A stretch of DNA of 62,026 bases, the filler included, from Choristocarpus tenellus KU-1152 (lineage: Eukaryota > Protista > Phaeophyceae), in the NCBI GenBank assembly GCA_964200185.2. It is 7 parts of 7 records of this genome, joined end to end, with 100 filler letters (N's around TTAATTAATTAA, not from the genome) between each part and the next. Parts side by side here need not be neighbours in the genome. Positions count along the whole stretch, not along the records: positions 37,135 to 44,099 come from CAXNAD020006951.1; positions 44,200 to 50,304 come from CAXNAD020008924.1; positions 50,405 to 58,483 come from CAXNAD020005185.1; 4 more parts are not named here. One strand, given 5' to 3'. Every line of letters begins with the position of its first letter. Within the stretch, counting starts at the first letter, position 1. The notes beneath the pieces were generated by a model. It had not been told where the DNA came from and made no database searches. It was given only the letters and a program-made list of their open reading frames with translations. Below, piece by piece: positions 39,875 to 52,930 of this stretch. The position numbers and the translations under genes are program-made.

Positions 39875-40870
39875 CCTTGTGTAATCCACAATGAAGTCAT
39901 TCCCCCCTTAGTATCCAAGTACTTGATTGTACACCACAAAAGGGAGCTGCCAGGCCCTCTAAAGTGTGGTTTCATCGTACTCCTCCTCTTACTGTTTCTT
40001 AATAAACTTCACCATCTCCTGAACTGGACTCCAACCGCTCCCCCATCACCCAGCATTTCAAAGACCTGAAGAAGCACAGGTCCATGATGTTGAGGTTGGG
40101 GGAGTTAGATAGGTGCATCACTGGCCTAATCGACCACCCCTCAGTCTTCCCTGCCCCTGACAAGATTGATGAGTTGCCCTTGCCCGTGTGGGGTGTGGCG
40201 CCATCTTGCTGTGAACGGCAACGTGCTTTCCCTCCAACCAAGGCATCTTGGTCTTGATTACGGGCAGTAACTCCTTCGTGTACCACTTCTCGTACCACAA
40301 ATGATCTAAAGTACAGTCCTTCTTATACACGTCCCCCCTTTTATGGTTCTTGCTTGTCCTGTCTGCCGTTTTTGGCGCACACACACGCCAAACACTAAGC
40401 TTTCCATCAAAGCTGTGAGCTGAATCTGGGCGGGCATTGGACGCAATGATCATGGTTTTGGGGATATGACTCTTGCTCTGCACAGTAGGGAACCCTGGAA
40501 GGTCGCTATCACCCACATTCGGAAATATCCTAACCCTTTCCCCATCAGCCATCACGTAAAACGAGGTTTCACCTACATGGATTGTGTTCGCCATAGAAGT
40601 GTACACACCACGTTTGCGGTCCACTTGATCGCAATCAAAGTCCATTCTCCATACTCTTAGTGCCACGATTTAAGCTTGGGTTTGATCCAGCGGCGATTCA
40701 GCATGGCCCCCATATCATCCAACCACCTGTTTATGGTGCTCGTGCTATAATTCAGACCCCTGGTGGCCATCTTCATGGTCACCTGACGCACTGTGGATGA
40801 CCGATTATCGGTCTTTCTGTGGGGTTACTGTCCGATTCGGCGCCGTTCTCGCTTGGCGAGCCCTGATGTT
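39875..40870 (-). mobile_element. Decayed Tc1/mariner transposase of the plant-mariner (DD39D-like) type
   Basis: Across frameshifts: STSTINRWL..WIKPKL, IHVGETSFYV (first D mutated), VQSKSHIPKTM, ARPD...FDGKL, ADRTSKNHKRG, LLPVIKTKMP, QQDGATPH...SNSPNLNIMDLCFFRSL, GGNDF. Boundaries approximate; no TIRs found. Confidence 0.85.
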
Positions 40871-42774
40871 TCGTGGCGCAAACTTATGTCACAGAAGTAG
40901 TATATATGTTTTCTTCATATATCACTTGGGTTCGATTATGTTTTGCTACGATCGGCTCTATTTTGTATCAACTTCATGAATTTTAAATTCGTAATCATTT
41001 CGTTTGTACACAGTACTTTACAGATATTTTATTTGCGCCATTTTTCTCTTTCCAAAGAATATATTGCTGAGTTTTATGTTCCCCATTCTTTTTTATGTTG
41101 GGTGGGTGATGTCTACCACATTAGTAATAACAACAGTCGCAGTAGTGGAAACCATGCACAACTTAGTGTATTACGAGTGATAAGTATATACGTATCTGTA
41201 CTAACTCGACGTACTCCTAGTGTTTTTGCACTACTTCTGCGATTGAATGGAGGTAGAGGGTGGACCCGGAAACAGAATTTCCAGTAAGAAGTATCGCATT
41301 CACTCATCTAGTTGACTGAACCAAAGAGAGGTTGTATTGATTCATTTTGAATTTGGGAATCAGTCTGATCAGCAGAAGAACTAGTAGGGCGTGGGTTTGG
41401 GGTTTAGTTCGTGGTGTGCTATTATCATATATTAAATATTTCTATGTCCTTCGTCATTTTGAGCAACGTTATGGTATTCCTACTGCGGTTAGAGGCACTA
41501 ATTACAGGAGTAATTATCATAATTAACAGTATGTTGAACTCCTCCAACAAATTGTTGCACTCTACTAATTTCACTCTCTTTGTTCATGTTATGCTTCTCG
41601 TGCATTGGGTTCAACCACCCCACTGATCGTCTCAAGGCTGTTCCGTCTCCTCCTCCTGAGCTGCAACAATATTATACATCAAAAGAGGGGAAAAGGCACA
41701 TACATGAAAGAAAACATGGATAACAAACTCACAGGCAAAAAATGGTCTGTTGTGCTTATTTCAACCTAAATTAGCTAAGATGCAATAAATATAAGAATCA
41801 CAATGGTTAGGAGTACATTTTATATAATAATGAACAATTTTTGATGACGCAATAGGTTCACAAAATAGGATTCAAAAAATCATATCTGAATATTTTCCCT
41901 TGTGATCTCTGTTATTTCTCAACTTTAAATATTTTATTGTTATGCCCTCCAACATTTTGCAGATGTGGGAAGGGCAAAACCATTAAAAACCATTCAAATA
42001 TCAGAACACCCCCTCCTGTAGATGTAACAGTCGTCGTAAATGTGAAAGATTTTTTTAATCTCATCTATTTACTATTTTACTGCCACGTATACTACACTGG
42101 TGCCCTCCTGTGCCTCCAACCTAGCTTAGTCCTGCACCCCAGGGTGAGGAGCTAGGGAAGCATTCCAAATATCTAACAAGTCCCTCCTTGCCCATCTCCC
42201 TGGTGTCTCCAGCTTAAAACGCATGCCACGTCTAGATCGAGTTACTTGCGTTGTGACAAACACTATATACAAATATCCTGAGCCAATAAAACTGTCACCA
42301 TTAACAACACCACTTGTCGATTTGGCTTGTGGCTGCAAATTATATTCTCACAAACCTTGAATTGGACCTTGAAAATGTCTTGGAAGGGATAAAGAACACC
42401 AGAAAATCAGTTGAATATACTATTGGAACTAGAGCGGTAAAATCCGTTTTTTCCGGTTAAGATTAGAAAAGGTGTCCACGGTTGACCAATACCACAATCA
42501 TGCCGTTGGAAATTTCTACCGTACCATTGTTAGAGACAGTAGAAATCTGTGCTGAACGGTCGGATTTCCCCAGCCATACATGCATTCCTTAAGTTACTCC
42601 TCACCTTACCTTACCATACTCCACCCGGATATATGTTGTCCCCCTGATACATGTGGTCCCCTTGACACATCTGCAAAATGTCAGAAGGAATAATAATATA
42701 AAATATATGTTGTTGTACCATGACGATACCGTCCCCTTGTCCTAATACCGTGGCCGTATGATAAATGAGGTAGT

Positions 42775-44076
42775 CGAGAGCTCTGGTCACGAACCTTGAC
42801 CACACACCTCAGCCAGATGAAGGAGAAACAGGTGGCCTGGCTCCTCAACTCCGGGTCCCTCTCCTCCCGCTTAGGCTATTTGGCTAGGGTCACTCCCCCC
42901 CACATAGTGTTAAAACATAGGCTACTCATTTGTTTGTTCCTTGATATGATACAGTCCCACCAGTCAACACTGACTGTTGATTGGTCTGTTACGTTCTGGG
43001 CGTTACTTTCAATAGTTCATCATCACCACATCAACTACAATCAGAAGACCGTAGTACAGAACAGTCGCTCTGTTTTCAACACAAATAGTATAGTATAGTA
43101 TACGTCACTTGAGTTGCATCACATATTGGTTCAAGTTTGTTCTGTTGTTCTGTTTGTTTTTTCGTTCACTCTTTCTTCTTATCAGCAGAAGATAACAGTT
43201 GTACATTGATGATTATGATTTCTTTCATGACTGCCATTGATCCCTCAAATTGCACTAACGCCACTCTGCAAACTGTGAATTAAACACATACAAGGATATA
43301 ATATAGTCAGAGTTAAAACCATCCAAGGAAACCCTTGCCAGTCAAGGTAAAAAGCCTCTCCACAGAGCATAGACTTCTTTTGTTGAGTATCACATGAAAG
43401 AACATTGAATTCACATCACATCGTTCTGGATTGAGCAACGAAGAATACTGAATTCACATCGCATCATTCTTGACTGAGAGGTCAATAAACTCAGTTACAA
43501 CAGAATACATACAACGGTGCTTTACAGCACAATCACACCTATCCATAACATGCACTATGGATATCACTCATCGGTGCTTTGCAACACCATGATTCCTCAT
43601 CGCTAGTAGTCAACACATTTTGCTTACTGTACGATGTATTCGATTCAGGTTCAACACATGGCACGCTCCACCATGGAGCAAGCAGATGACACCTCGTTAT
43701 AGACACTGGAAAAGATAATGAAGGTAGCAGACTCGACAGAGGCGACGGACGTTCTTGAGGGGGGGTGAAACAATGGGTCTCTCCGCATAGAGACCTATCA
43801 ACAAGTAGAGGCACAGATGCCCACAAGTGCGAGAGGGTTGGGCCTCTCCTCTATGGAGCACTGCCAACACGCAGCATTCGTAGGATCACTAGCGACCACT
43901 CTCCCTACCCTCCAAGGCAGCAAGGGCCTCGTGGCGAGTCCTTCTCACAAGTCATTTGTGCGAGCCCCACATTATGGTCCCTGAGATCGTCCATCCACAC
44001 CCTCCTCTCTACAGGTGTCCCCTCAGAAGACCGAGCGAAAATCATTGGCCAAGACTGGGTAACCTGGGGGGGACAA
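42775..44076 (+). mobile_element. Decayed CRE/SLACS-like non-LTR retrotransposon fragment (region downstream of RT), split by a solo LTR
   Basis: After removing 42908-43661 one frame reads HLSQMKEKQVAWLLNSGSLSSRLGYLARVTPPHIARSTMEQADDTSL*TLEKIM...YQQVEAQMPTSARGLGLSSMEHCQHAAFVGSLATTLP. YL.R..PP and Q..P...GLGL......AAF.GS are motifs I associate with CRE-clade ORFs. Confidence 0.7.
42908..43656. mobile_element. Solo LTR, 749 bp
   Basis: TGTTAAAAC...GGTTCAACA termini and a 5-bp target duplication CATAG/CATGG; excision restores the host reading frame. Confidence 0.8.
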
Positions 44077-44099
44077 GACTCAAAGTATCTGAGGGGGGG
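44077..44099 (+). mobile_element. Terminal repeat of the MITE family at contig end
   Basis: GACTCAAAGTATCTGAGGGGGGG matches the family TIR. Confidence 0.6.
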
Positions 44100-44199
44100 N
44101 NNNNNNNNNNNNNNNNNNNNNNNNNNNNNNNNNNNNNNNNNNNTTAATTAATTAANNNNNNNNNNNNNNNNNNNNNNNNNNNNNNNNNNNNNNNNNNNN
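44100..44199. other. Artificial contig linker
   Basis: N44-TTAATTAATTAA-N44. Confidence 0.98.
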
Positions 44200-44216
44200 G
44201 GTGGTGAAGGAGAGAA

Positions 44217-44256
<40 letters not shown>

Positions 44257-46644
44257 AGAGGTCTTGAGGCACTTCGGGAACGACTGAGGGCGAATGACAT
44301 TCGAATGTGAGTTATTCTTTATTGTGGTGCTTTCTTTCCAAGGGGAGAAGGTTGCACTGGTTGTGTGGATGCTGTTTTGAGCATCACTGCTTATTTTATA
44401 GTATGTGGTATTATTTCAAGATGTTGTTGGTTATTGTTAGTGGGTACAGATGCTCTTTGTATGTTCTTGTTCTGATTTTTTTGGTGGGGGTGGGGTTGGG
44501 GTCAGGATTGGGATTGGGTTTTTATTTGATTATATAGCATACTATGTAGATCTGTAGTGGATATAGTAAAGGGGCATTCAATGATGATGAGTTTCAAGGG
44601 CAACGTGGTCTGGGCGTCTGTAACAGCGAGTTGGTATTGGGTTGGGCTTCAAGTTGAAGTTTGGGGCAGGAAGGGGAAGAAATTGCTTGTTTTGCAGCGG
44701 ACACATTGCAGTGCATATATGCCTCTCATTGTTTATGCGATTCTCTTGAAAATATATTATTGGATACTTTTTTTTTTTCATTTTCTAGGAGATGTACTTC
44801 CTTCTCCTGGATGTACGGAATTGGCATGTTTGAATCCACAGTCTAGTTTTCATGAAGGAGAAACTTTGAAGGAGACGATTGCAGGATTTCGTCTTAGGTG
44901 CAAAATGGGCACGGGTCCCCCAATCTGATATCTTTTACTTGGAAGAAGTGCAAGAATGAACAAGTCAAGTGTGTGCACGGATTGCCTGCCATTGATGTTG
45001 AAGTTATGAAGTATGAGGTTTCCCTCGTTCAGTACACACTTGAAGAGAAGGTAAAGGGTTTGGTATTGTGCTGTGTGAGTACGGGTGTGTGTGTTGAACA
45101 TGTTTTTGTTGTTGTTGTTGTTCTGATTATTTATTCTATTTTTCTATTCTGAATTTTTTTTTTCGCATTGGGTTTGGCTTGGTCAGCTGTACGGTATGAT
45201 TTAAAACATTTTTTCTTATGGTTTGTGTACAGTGAATGCATGGCGTCCTACTGCTCTGCTGATTTCTGAGATGGAAAGCGGGAATTTCCGAATTATTCCG
45301 AATTAGTCGACGACTTTCCTGTGAAATGGTTCTGTTTAAAATTCTGATTGTGGGCGCAAGATATACTCACCCCAAGTAGATGTTCTCACCACAAAGTACG
45401 TTCTACTCCAGACTATTTGATATTCTGAGTGCAAGTAGAGTATATTTTTGAGTATGCTTACACAAAAAGAGCAAATGGAAAGTGCGCAGTCATGGATAAC
45501 CCAATGCTATTTTTAGTAGTGCGACTTACCTCTCGTGGTTTGGAAAAGGATGTAATATTATAAGTGAAAATCTAGAAGAGATCTATGTATGAAATTTTTT
45601 GTCTTGCGACAGGAAGCAGAAGCCCAGAAGGTACTTTGTTTACCTGTTTTATTATTTTTTCAAAGAACAGACCAAGTCAATGCAATATCTGACATGGTCC
45701 AGGACACAGATGACTACTTCTATGACATGCAATGACACCCGGTGGGCCTTTCACAAAGCTCTGTTGCTCAAGCTCTGCTGAGTTGGAAGGTAATCTCTAT
45801 TTAAGAGTGTCACTGACTGCATCTTATTTGTAAACCTTCCACTGTCTTTCAGATGAACCGCATCATGTTCAAGACTCAGGTAAACACGCACAAGCTGGCC
45901 CCACTCCTTCAGTTATTTTCACTACCTAACATACTGTATGTCATGCATGTCGTCTCATACCTCCAGCACCCTGGAAAAGAATAAGAGCTGGGAGGAGAAG
46001 GAAGCCGATAGGCGAAGGAAGAGTAAACTTCCTGCATTGGCAGATGCCCTCAGGTTTGATGCTTAGTCTGACTCTTAGGTGCTCAATATATACTCACAAT
46101 CTATTACATTTTTAGCAGTTTTTACTTTTTTGAAAAGGGAGTCGTGTGCGCATCATCCATGTTGCTCCATTGCATGGACAGGTAGATATAAATAGAGTCA
46201 ATCGCATTGCATCCCTCTTCTGCCTGTCCCCCAGATCATGTACTCCAAGTCTTGACCCTGATATTCTCCCAATAATATATATACTCTTTTATACTCCAGT
46301 CAGATTTAAATCTTTTCACAGCAGGGAAGCAGATACAGGGTTAGGGCTGTGTTGACAGGACAGTATATATCCACAGAAAAATAAATAAATAAATATATTA
46401 TGATGTATTGACCCTTACACCTTCAGTGGTGTAGTAGCTCAGAGTGTTGTGCCAAACCGGTGAACCCCCCAGTTTTGATCAGCAACAATATCCAATCTGT
46501 CACGAAAATCAGCCCTCCGCATTGACAAGGGATACTAGCTATTATTTCCCTAGTTTGCAGTCAATCTTCCCCTGCAAGTGACCCAATAAACTATTCGGAT
46601 TTTTACTTCAACCTGCCTGTTTTGTTTTTTTCTGTGATGGTCTC

Positions 46645-46646
<2 letters not shown>

Positions 46647-46676
<30 letters not shown>
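46647..46676. repeat. (AT)n microsatellite
   Basis: Direct observation. Confidence 0.95.
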
Positions 46677-46678
<2 letters not shown>

Positions 46679-48967
46679 CAAGGTCGTACTTTGCACATTT
46701 GGGTAGATCCACTGGATATTTGGACTCAGTGGCCAACGCCTTGGCAAGCTCCAGTCGCCATACAGGAACGAAGCAGGAAACCAAGGATAGGCTTTGCATG
46801 CTGGCGGAGATGGTGCCAGAGTGGTGTACCATAAATGAACCACCCACCGCTTCCCCTCTCAATGCAGCCTCGCCTCCATTGCACCCCAGAATTGGAGGCG
46901 CGGGTGATGGCAAGGGGTCTAGGCCACTGACCTCAAGGGTAAGTTCTGTCAGGGCAGTGGTCAGAGTGAACAAGAATATACACTACAGGGAGGTTCGCCG
47001 CATGATAGAGTTCATGACTGGGGTTGTGGAAGGCTCGGGGAGGACAGTTTGCACTCACGCAGGTCTAGGGGTTGGAATGAAATAGACTCCGGCATAGCCA
47101 GTTGTGCACAACCCTGGTTCCCTCTGCCTCCAATCATCTGTACGGAAGTAAATGATTTCGAGGGCATCAGGAAATGCTTGGTATCTCTCATAGATGATAG
47201 CGTGAGGTCGTCTGCGTCCTGGGGAGGGGATCAGGAGTGGAGTGTGCATAGGTTCCACTTGGACTTGGGATTAACTGCAGCTTGAGGGCAGAAAGAGGTC
47301 AATGCTCTTCAGCCCAGGTGTTGGCAGTATGTATAATGTGATTTAATGCTCCTCGAGTGGGAAATGTAGTTTTGGGGGTCACTTTGCCAAAAAAAGTAAA
47401 AAAATGTTGCTGTAGTTTTGATTTGGGTCTGGGGGGGACATGGTGAGATTCTTGAGGGGGGGGGGGGTTATGGTGTTGCGTGCGAGTAGTTTGATTTGTC
47501 TACAAATACGTGTGCAATACGATTAGTTGATTGTTTCATGCATTGGATGGTAGTGTGGGTAAATGTTTGAACTGTGTTTTTTCCATCAGTTGCCTGATTG
47601 TAAGTCTGATATTGAGAGTGCCTATGTCCACATCTCTCACAGCCCTCCTCATAGACCCACTATAAACTGTCGGTTTTGCTCAATGTTCCCATTTTTGGTG
47701 GGAACATTGACTACTATGGAGGCCGACAGCCACCACGCAGCTAGATGGAATTAGTAGGTGAAGTGACATCCTGCAAAATATTGGTGTACCAATAGGCAAG
47801 GCTATCTGGCAAGTACAGCGCATTCCCCATACAACTCAATTGTAACATCCTTTTCAGTAACTCAGTTTGACCTCAAATGCAGTTGCAAACAAACTTGTCA
47901 TGTTCTGTGTTCTGTACTACTCATCATAGCAACAGCATTAAAATGTGTTCACAGGTAGAGCATCAATGAAGTAGTTGCCTATAGATGGTTGCTTTGATAG
48001 CGAGAAGGAATAATTCGTCCACCACTCTCTTGTCATGGAATTTATCGAATGATCATAACAAATTGAATGCTTCAACAAGTCCAACAGTACCCAGCAGTTG
48101 CATCGATCTTCAATAGTACACCAGCTTAAGGTTGAGTGAGGTGCATACCAGCCTGAAGATGTGAAAATACTCCACACTTGCCATATATTGGCGACTGCAG
48201 GGTGTACTCCCAAACATAATTTGTCTCTCTGTCACACATTGCATGCCTTGTTACACTTCTATGTAGCCAGTACTTGAGCAAGAATGATCATTGATAACGC
48301 ACTTGCACAAAAAAGTTAGTATGTGGTGTTTATTCTTGAAATATTGGGGGGATAGAATCGTGTTAAAAGGAGAGTTGATGCTCCGTCTGGCAAGCTTTTT
48401 CACCATGAATGACATTTATTTCACTTCCTTCAGTCCTCCTATTCCTCAGATGCTTCCCGACAGCCTCCCTTACAAATTGCCATTGCGTCCACAATTGCCA
48501 TCCACTCGAGTGGGAAAGGTCGGCTTCTTGTTACTTCAACAAACATGTCAATCGCCAACTTTTATACCCATGCTTGACAAGGACACCATCATTTGGAGGA
48601 ATGGCCCCCTGAAGGGTCGAGCATACTCATTGGAAACAACCCAGAGAGAGAGAGAGAGCTCACATCATCAAGACTTCAGTGAGACGGATACTTCATCAGG
48701 CCCCTCAAAAGGATATATATACCGCTGAGCACAGGCCCTCTCATAAAAAGTCACTTGTCACTAACGGTAACGCAGACAGACCCTGCGCCGCTGCGGGCAG
48801 AGCAAAAATGTGTTGGCTGAATAAGCGTGTGCAAACAAGCCATCTTCCAACCAAAACTAACAAAAAAAAACCAAAAAGAAACTTGCAGCAAAAAAGAACA
48901 CACAATTTCATTTTTCTTTTTTGTTCCTGCTACACAAACAAATTACACATTGCGACACAGTTTATTC

Positions 48968-48968
<1 letters not shown>

Positions 48969-49008
<40 letters not shown>
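48969..49008. repeat. (GT)n microsatellite; (AGT)n near 49195-49228 and (TG)n near 49454-49479 nearby
   Basis: Direct observation. Confidence 0.95.
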
Positions 49009-49011
<3 letters not shown>

Positions 49012-50304
49012 TCCCTTGCCTTGTTCCAACCCGAACACAACGCGGACATACGTAAAAGCAAGTGCACTAACACTAAATCGATACTCTCTCCGTTGCTGCA
49101 GAGATGTCGCTGCCACCCCCCTTCCGCTCCGCAGTTTCCCCCACAGCTCTCCACGTCAGGCGAGAGGGACGGGGACACCCACGATACACAGGAGAGTAGT
49201 AGTAGTAGTAGTAGTAGTAGTAGCAGTAGGCTTACCGTTCGATAATCCCACTTTTAACATGGAACCAACAACGGAGGAAACGCTTTGCGATGAATGAATG
49301 CATCACAGACGACGTTACTGAGAAACAATGGACCCAAGCAAGAAAAATAATACATTTCAGATTGAAAAAAAACAAAACAAACACAACCAACATCCATGTG
49401 GTGAAAGTCTCAAACGGCCATCGCTGCGCGTGCTGAGTTTACTCATGCATGTATGTGTGTGTGTGTGTGTGTGTGTGTGAATATATGTTGCCACCTCATC
49501 CATGATGACACAACTACTCAACTGAAAAACGAGAAAGAAATACATGGGCCCGCATTTCATGGCCATACCCTCGATATGTACCGACACATGAAAATATGTA
49601 TGTATCTCCTAACGCTGCTTCCACAAACAGAGCACAAAGAACAGAGACATGAAACACCTCAAAGAATCCCCCCCGAAAATCTGGCTCAGAAAACCCATCC
49701 AGCAGAAAATGCAATAGGCCCACAAGCAATGGCGGTATGAACAGGGTAATCAGAGCAAGCTCCAACACCATCTCGATTGCCACATGAAGACATAGGGAAG
49801 GTGTGAGAGGTTTTGATAGGATGGGGAATTGGAGACAGTACCAAGCCCTGCTGGGAAGAGCTTTTTGCCAAGAAGGTTAATAGTGTGTTCGTTTGCCTTA
49901 CAACAAAGAACCTACAGCCTTCTCACCGTTCCCCCTCCTTTCTCTCAACAAAGTCCCACTTTTGCCAAAAAAGACAATGACACAAATGCGACAGAGCAAA
50001 TGAACCTCAGATTCAAGATGCCACCAAGGACATCATGTGAGTGGGGGAGGGTGGGGAGATGCTACCGGCGTCTGACGATTATGCAAGGAGTGCCTGTAGT
50101 TGTTAAGTGGCTCACCAAAAGCTGAAAAATAATTAAAAGTAAGTCACCAGAGGGCTATCCACATACACATTTTCAACAACACCGAAAAGGGCACACAGCG
50201 GGGCAGGGGGATGGGCCGGGGGGTTGGAGGAGGGGAAGCGGGGGGGGGGGGGGAAGGGGGGGCGGAAGGAAGTATCACAAAAAAAAAAAAAAAAAAATTT
50301 TTAA

Positions 50305-50404
50305 NNNNNNNNNNNNNNNNNNNNNNNNNNNNNNNNNNNNNNNNNNNNTTAATTAATTAANNNNNNNNNNNNNNNNNNNNNNNNNNNNNNNNNNNNNNNN
50401 NNNN
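50305..50404. other. Artificial contig linker
   Basis: N44-TTAATTAATTAA-N44. Confidence 0.98.
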
Positions 50405-50461
50405 ATGAAAAAATTGACCCCAAATGGACAGCTGCCACCCCCCCCCCAGATACGTTGAACT
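50405..50461 (-). mobile_element. MITE-family terminus (diverged subfamily)
   Basis: CCCCAAATGGACAGCTGCCACCCCCCCCCCAGATACGTTGAACT resembles the reverse complement of 54274-54330. Confidence 0.6.
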
Positions 50462-51390
50462 ACATACAGTCAAGTTCACAAGAACATGTCAGTCAGCTTG
50501 GGTTATACCCGCTATTCTCCTTTCGCATGTGTGCTCTCTATAGTTGGTTCCCATTTGGTTGGAAGAAGGCTCAGATCTTGGTATGAACAAAGAATACTGC
50601 AATTAGAAATAGTTGTCCCAAAAAGGGTGGAAGATAAGATGAAGCACAGGGCAAAGAAATGTATTGGATGGGGTAAGGGGTAATATGTGCGGATTAAGAT
50701 TGTAACCTCGGGAGAAATAAAGGGCTGATGAAGGGGTTCTCTTTGCTTTTCACTTTGTTATCGAAGTGCTCTCCACACGCGTACTACTCCTGCAGTCTAT
50801 AAAGAGGACTGCACTTGTGTCACCCGATTTGCGATGGTTGCTCTCCTATGTGGTTTTATTGGACATATAAAATCACTTATTGCATCTACGGATCGATACA
50901 GACTTTTGAGAAGGGGCAGATCCTGACCATAAAACCAACAACGGTAAGAGACCCTCACCTCCTCACCATGGACACCATCGACGATGGTGGAAGCAAGAGG
51001 TTCCAACAACAACAGGAGAGAGAGCAACCACATGGTGACTCTGTATTGTTTTAGGGGGAAGTATGGATTAGGCTCGGATGTGAGTGACTCATGCCAGGGT
51101 TCGATGATCTGAATAGATGGGGTCCGTTTTGTCTTGTAGATGGTGAAGAACTCAGATGCAATGATTGTCGTTTTGGTTTAGTTGCTTTGTGCGAGAGACA
51201 GAATATCGAGTATGGGGGACAGAGAGGCTTAGGAAGAAGGTCGTTTGGCTGAGAGAGGAGGCAAGGAGAGGAGGAGGGACAATTGTGATATAGTAAGTGA
51301 GATATTTCTGATGAACGAGGCGAGGGCAAGCCCAATACCTTGGAAATTGAAATATGTCGAGAATTCTGGAGCATCCTGCAGACAAACAAA

Positions 51391-52074
51391 CGTTGATAGG
51401 CAGACCCCAGAAGTCACAAAAAAAAATGCCAAAAGAAAATTGTGACGTTGTTGTCTAGACGGTTTCAATATGATTTCTTTTCTCCTGACAACCAAATTGG
51501 GATGTACACACTCTTGGATTTTTTTTCTCTTGAGACGATGAGCCTATCTACACGGGGTCATCTTTGCGCTGTCCTGCCCAGAAACAGAAAAGAGGAGGAA
51601 ACGAAGGCCCTACACAAGGCTCGGCGCCAGAGAGGAAGTAGGGTTTGTTTTCCTCTGAAACTATGAGCCTATCTGTACTAGACCATCTTTGCGTCGTCCT
51701 CCCCAGAAATAGTAAAGAGGGTAAAGTGTAAAGTGTAGGGCCTTCGTTTCTCCCTCTTTACTGTTTCTGGGGAGGACGGGGCGAAGATGGCTCGGTACAG
51801 ATAGCTTCATCGTCTTAGAGGAAATCAAGGGGATCTGGCGCCGAACCTTGTGGAGGGCCTTCGTTTCCCCCTCTTTACTGTTTCTGGGGAGGACGGAGGA
51901 AAGATGGTCTAGTACAGATAGGCTCATAGTCTCAGAGGAAAACAAACCCTAGTTTGTCACATCCCATTTTAGTTGCCTAGGAGGAAATTGTGTTGAAACC
52001 GTCCGTCTACACAACAACGTCACAATTTTCTTCTGGGATTTTTTTTTTTAACCTCTACAGTCTACCAATCAACA
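51391..52074. repeat. Foldback-like imperfect palindrome (~680 bp) with modular ~120-bp subrepeats
   Basis: Outer arms (AGAAAATTGTGACGTTGTTGT / ACAACAACGTCACAATTTTCT) plus two forward and two reverse copies of a unit ATGAGCCTATCTGTACTAGACCATCTTT...GTCCTCCCCAGAAACAGTAAAGAGG...GAAACGAAGGCCCT. Confidence 0.85.
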
Positions 52075-52327
52075 TTCCTATATTCAATCCTCAAAAAGTC
52101 ATGACCACACCCTAACCTGAACGACAATCCAACAGTATGTTTTTTGTACCCCTTCATGGATCGCACAACCTGATTGGTTGATTCAAATATGAAGTTTACA
52201 CTATTTCATGTTTGATGAAGGGGTATGAGGGGTGAGGTGAGAATGAGGGGATAAACAGATACCTTGAATTGAAATCAGTAATGAGAAGTCCTCCAGTCAC
52301 ACTGTGGTCTCCTCTAACAGAAAGAAA

Positions 52328-52930
52328 ATGATCGAGGTTGCCAAAGGAAAGAATCTGACGCTGGGGGAGCGGAGAGCAGTGATCACAAAGTTGCTCAAGG
52401 GTAATTATTAGGGGGAATCTCAAGCGAGTTGTTGAGATGTTTGACACCAATGGTAGAACGATACCAAAGCGACGAAGTAACCACTGGTGCCCAAAAGGAT
52501 ACTATTTTTTTGTATACCGACTTAGGTTTGGTACGGGAGGGAAGGGTTGGTGGTAAGGACATCGAGTTGGACCAGCTGCGAGAGACCAGCCGTACGACCC
52601 CCCTCAAGAACCGGACAACCCAGCTGTCTGGCAACTTATCTGGGTATACCGCTGACAAGTTTTGATAGAATCATGAACAAGCTTAGGTCGTGCTCAAGCT
52701 ACCTCGATCCGTCGCTTGCTGTTGAAGCCATGCGAAAGAGGCTATGGTGGGCATCGAGTGGGTTGAGGAGGGACACAGAGCCTCTAAGGACTTTCACGAC
52801 TTTGAAGTCTTCCTCTATCTGAATGAGACTTGTTTTTGCATGTGCAAAGACGGTCAGAAATACTACGTGTTCGTCGACGAGGAGTTTCCTTCCCCCAAGG
52901 GGAAGCACAAAGGCCACATCGATCTCCTGC
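52328..52930 (+). mobile_element. Decayed N-terminal half of a second DD39D-like mariner transposase
   Basis: Across frameshifts: NLTLGERRAVITKLLKG, GRVGGKDIELDQLRE...TPLKNRTTQ, LATYLGIPLTSF, FHDFEVFLYLNETCFCMCKDGQKYYVFVDEEFP..K.KHKGHI (compare the consensus VHLDEKWFY..Y....E..P...HK.HI). Confidence 0.7.

Noticed and set aside
44200-50304. Poly-G runs and many short ORFs in contig 5
   Set aside because: Homopolymers at contig edges are typical assembly break points, and the ORFs are microsatellite-driven or unrecognisable.
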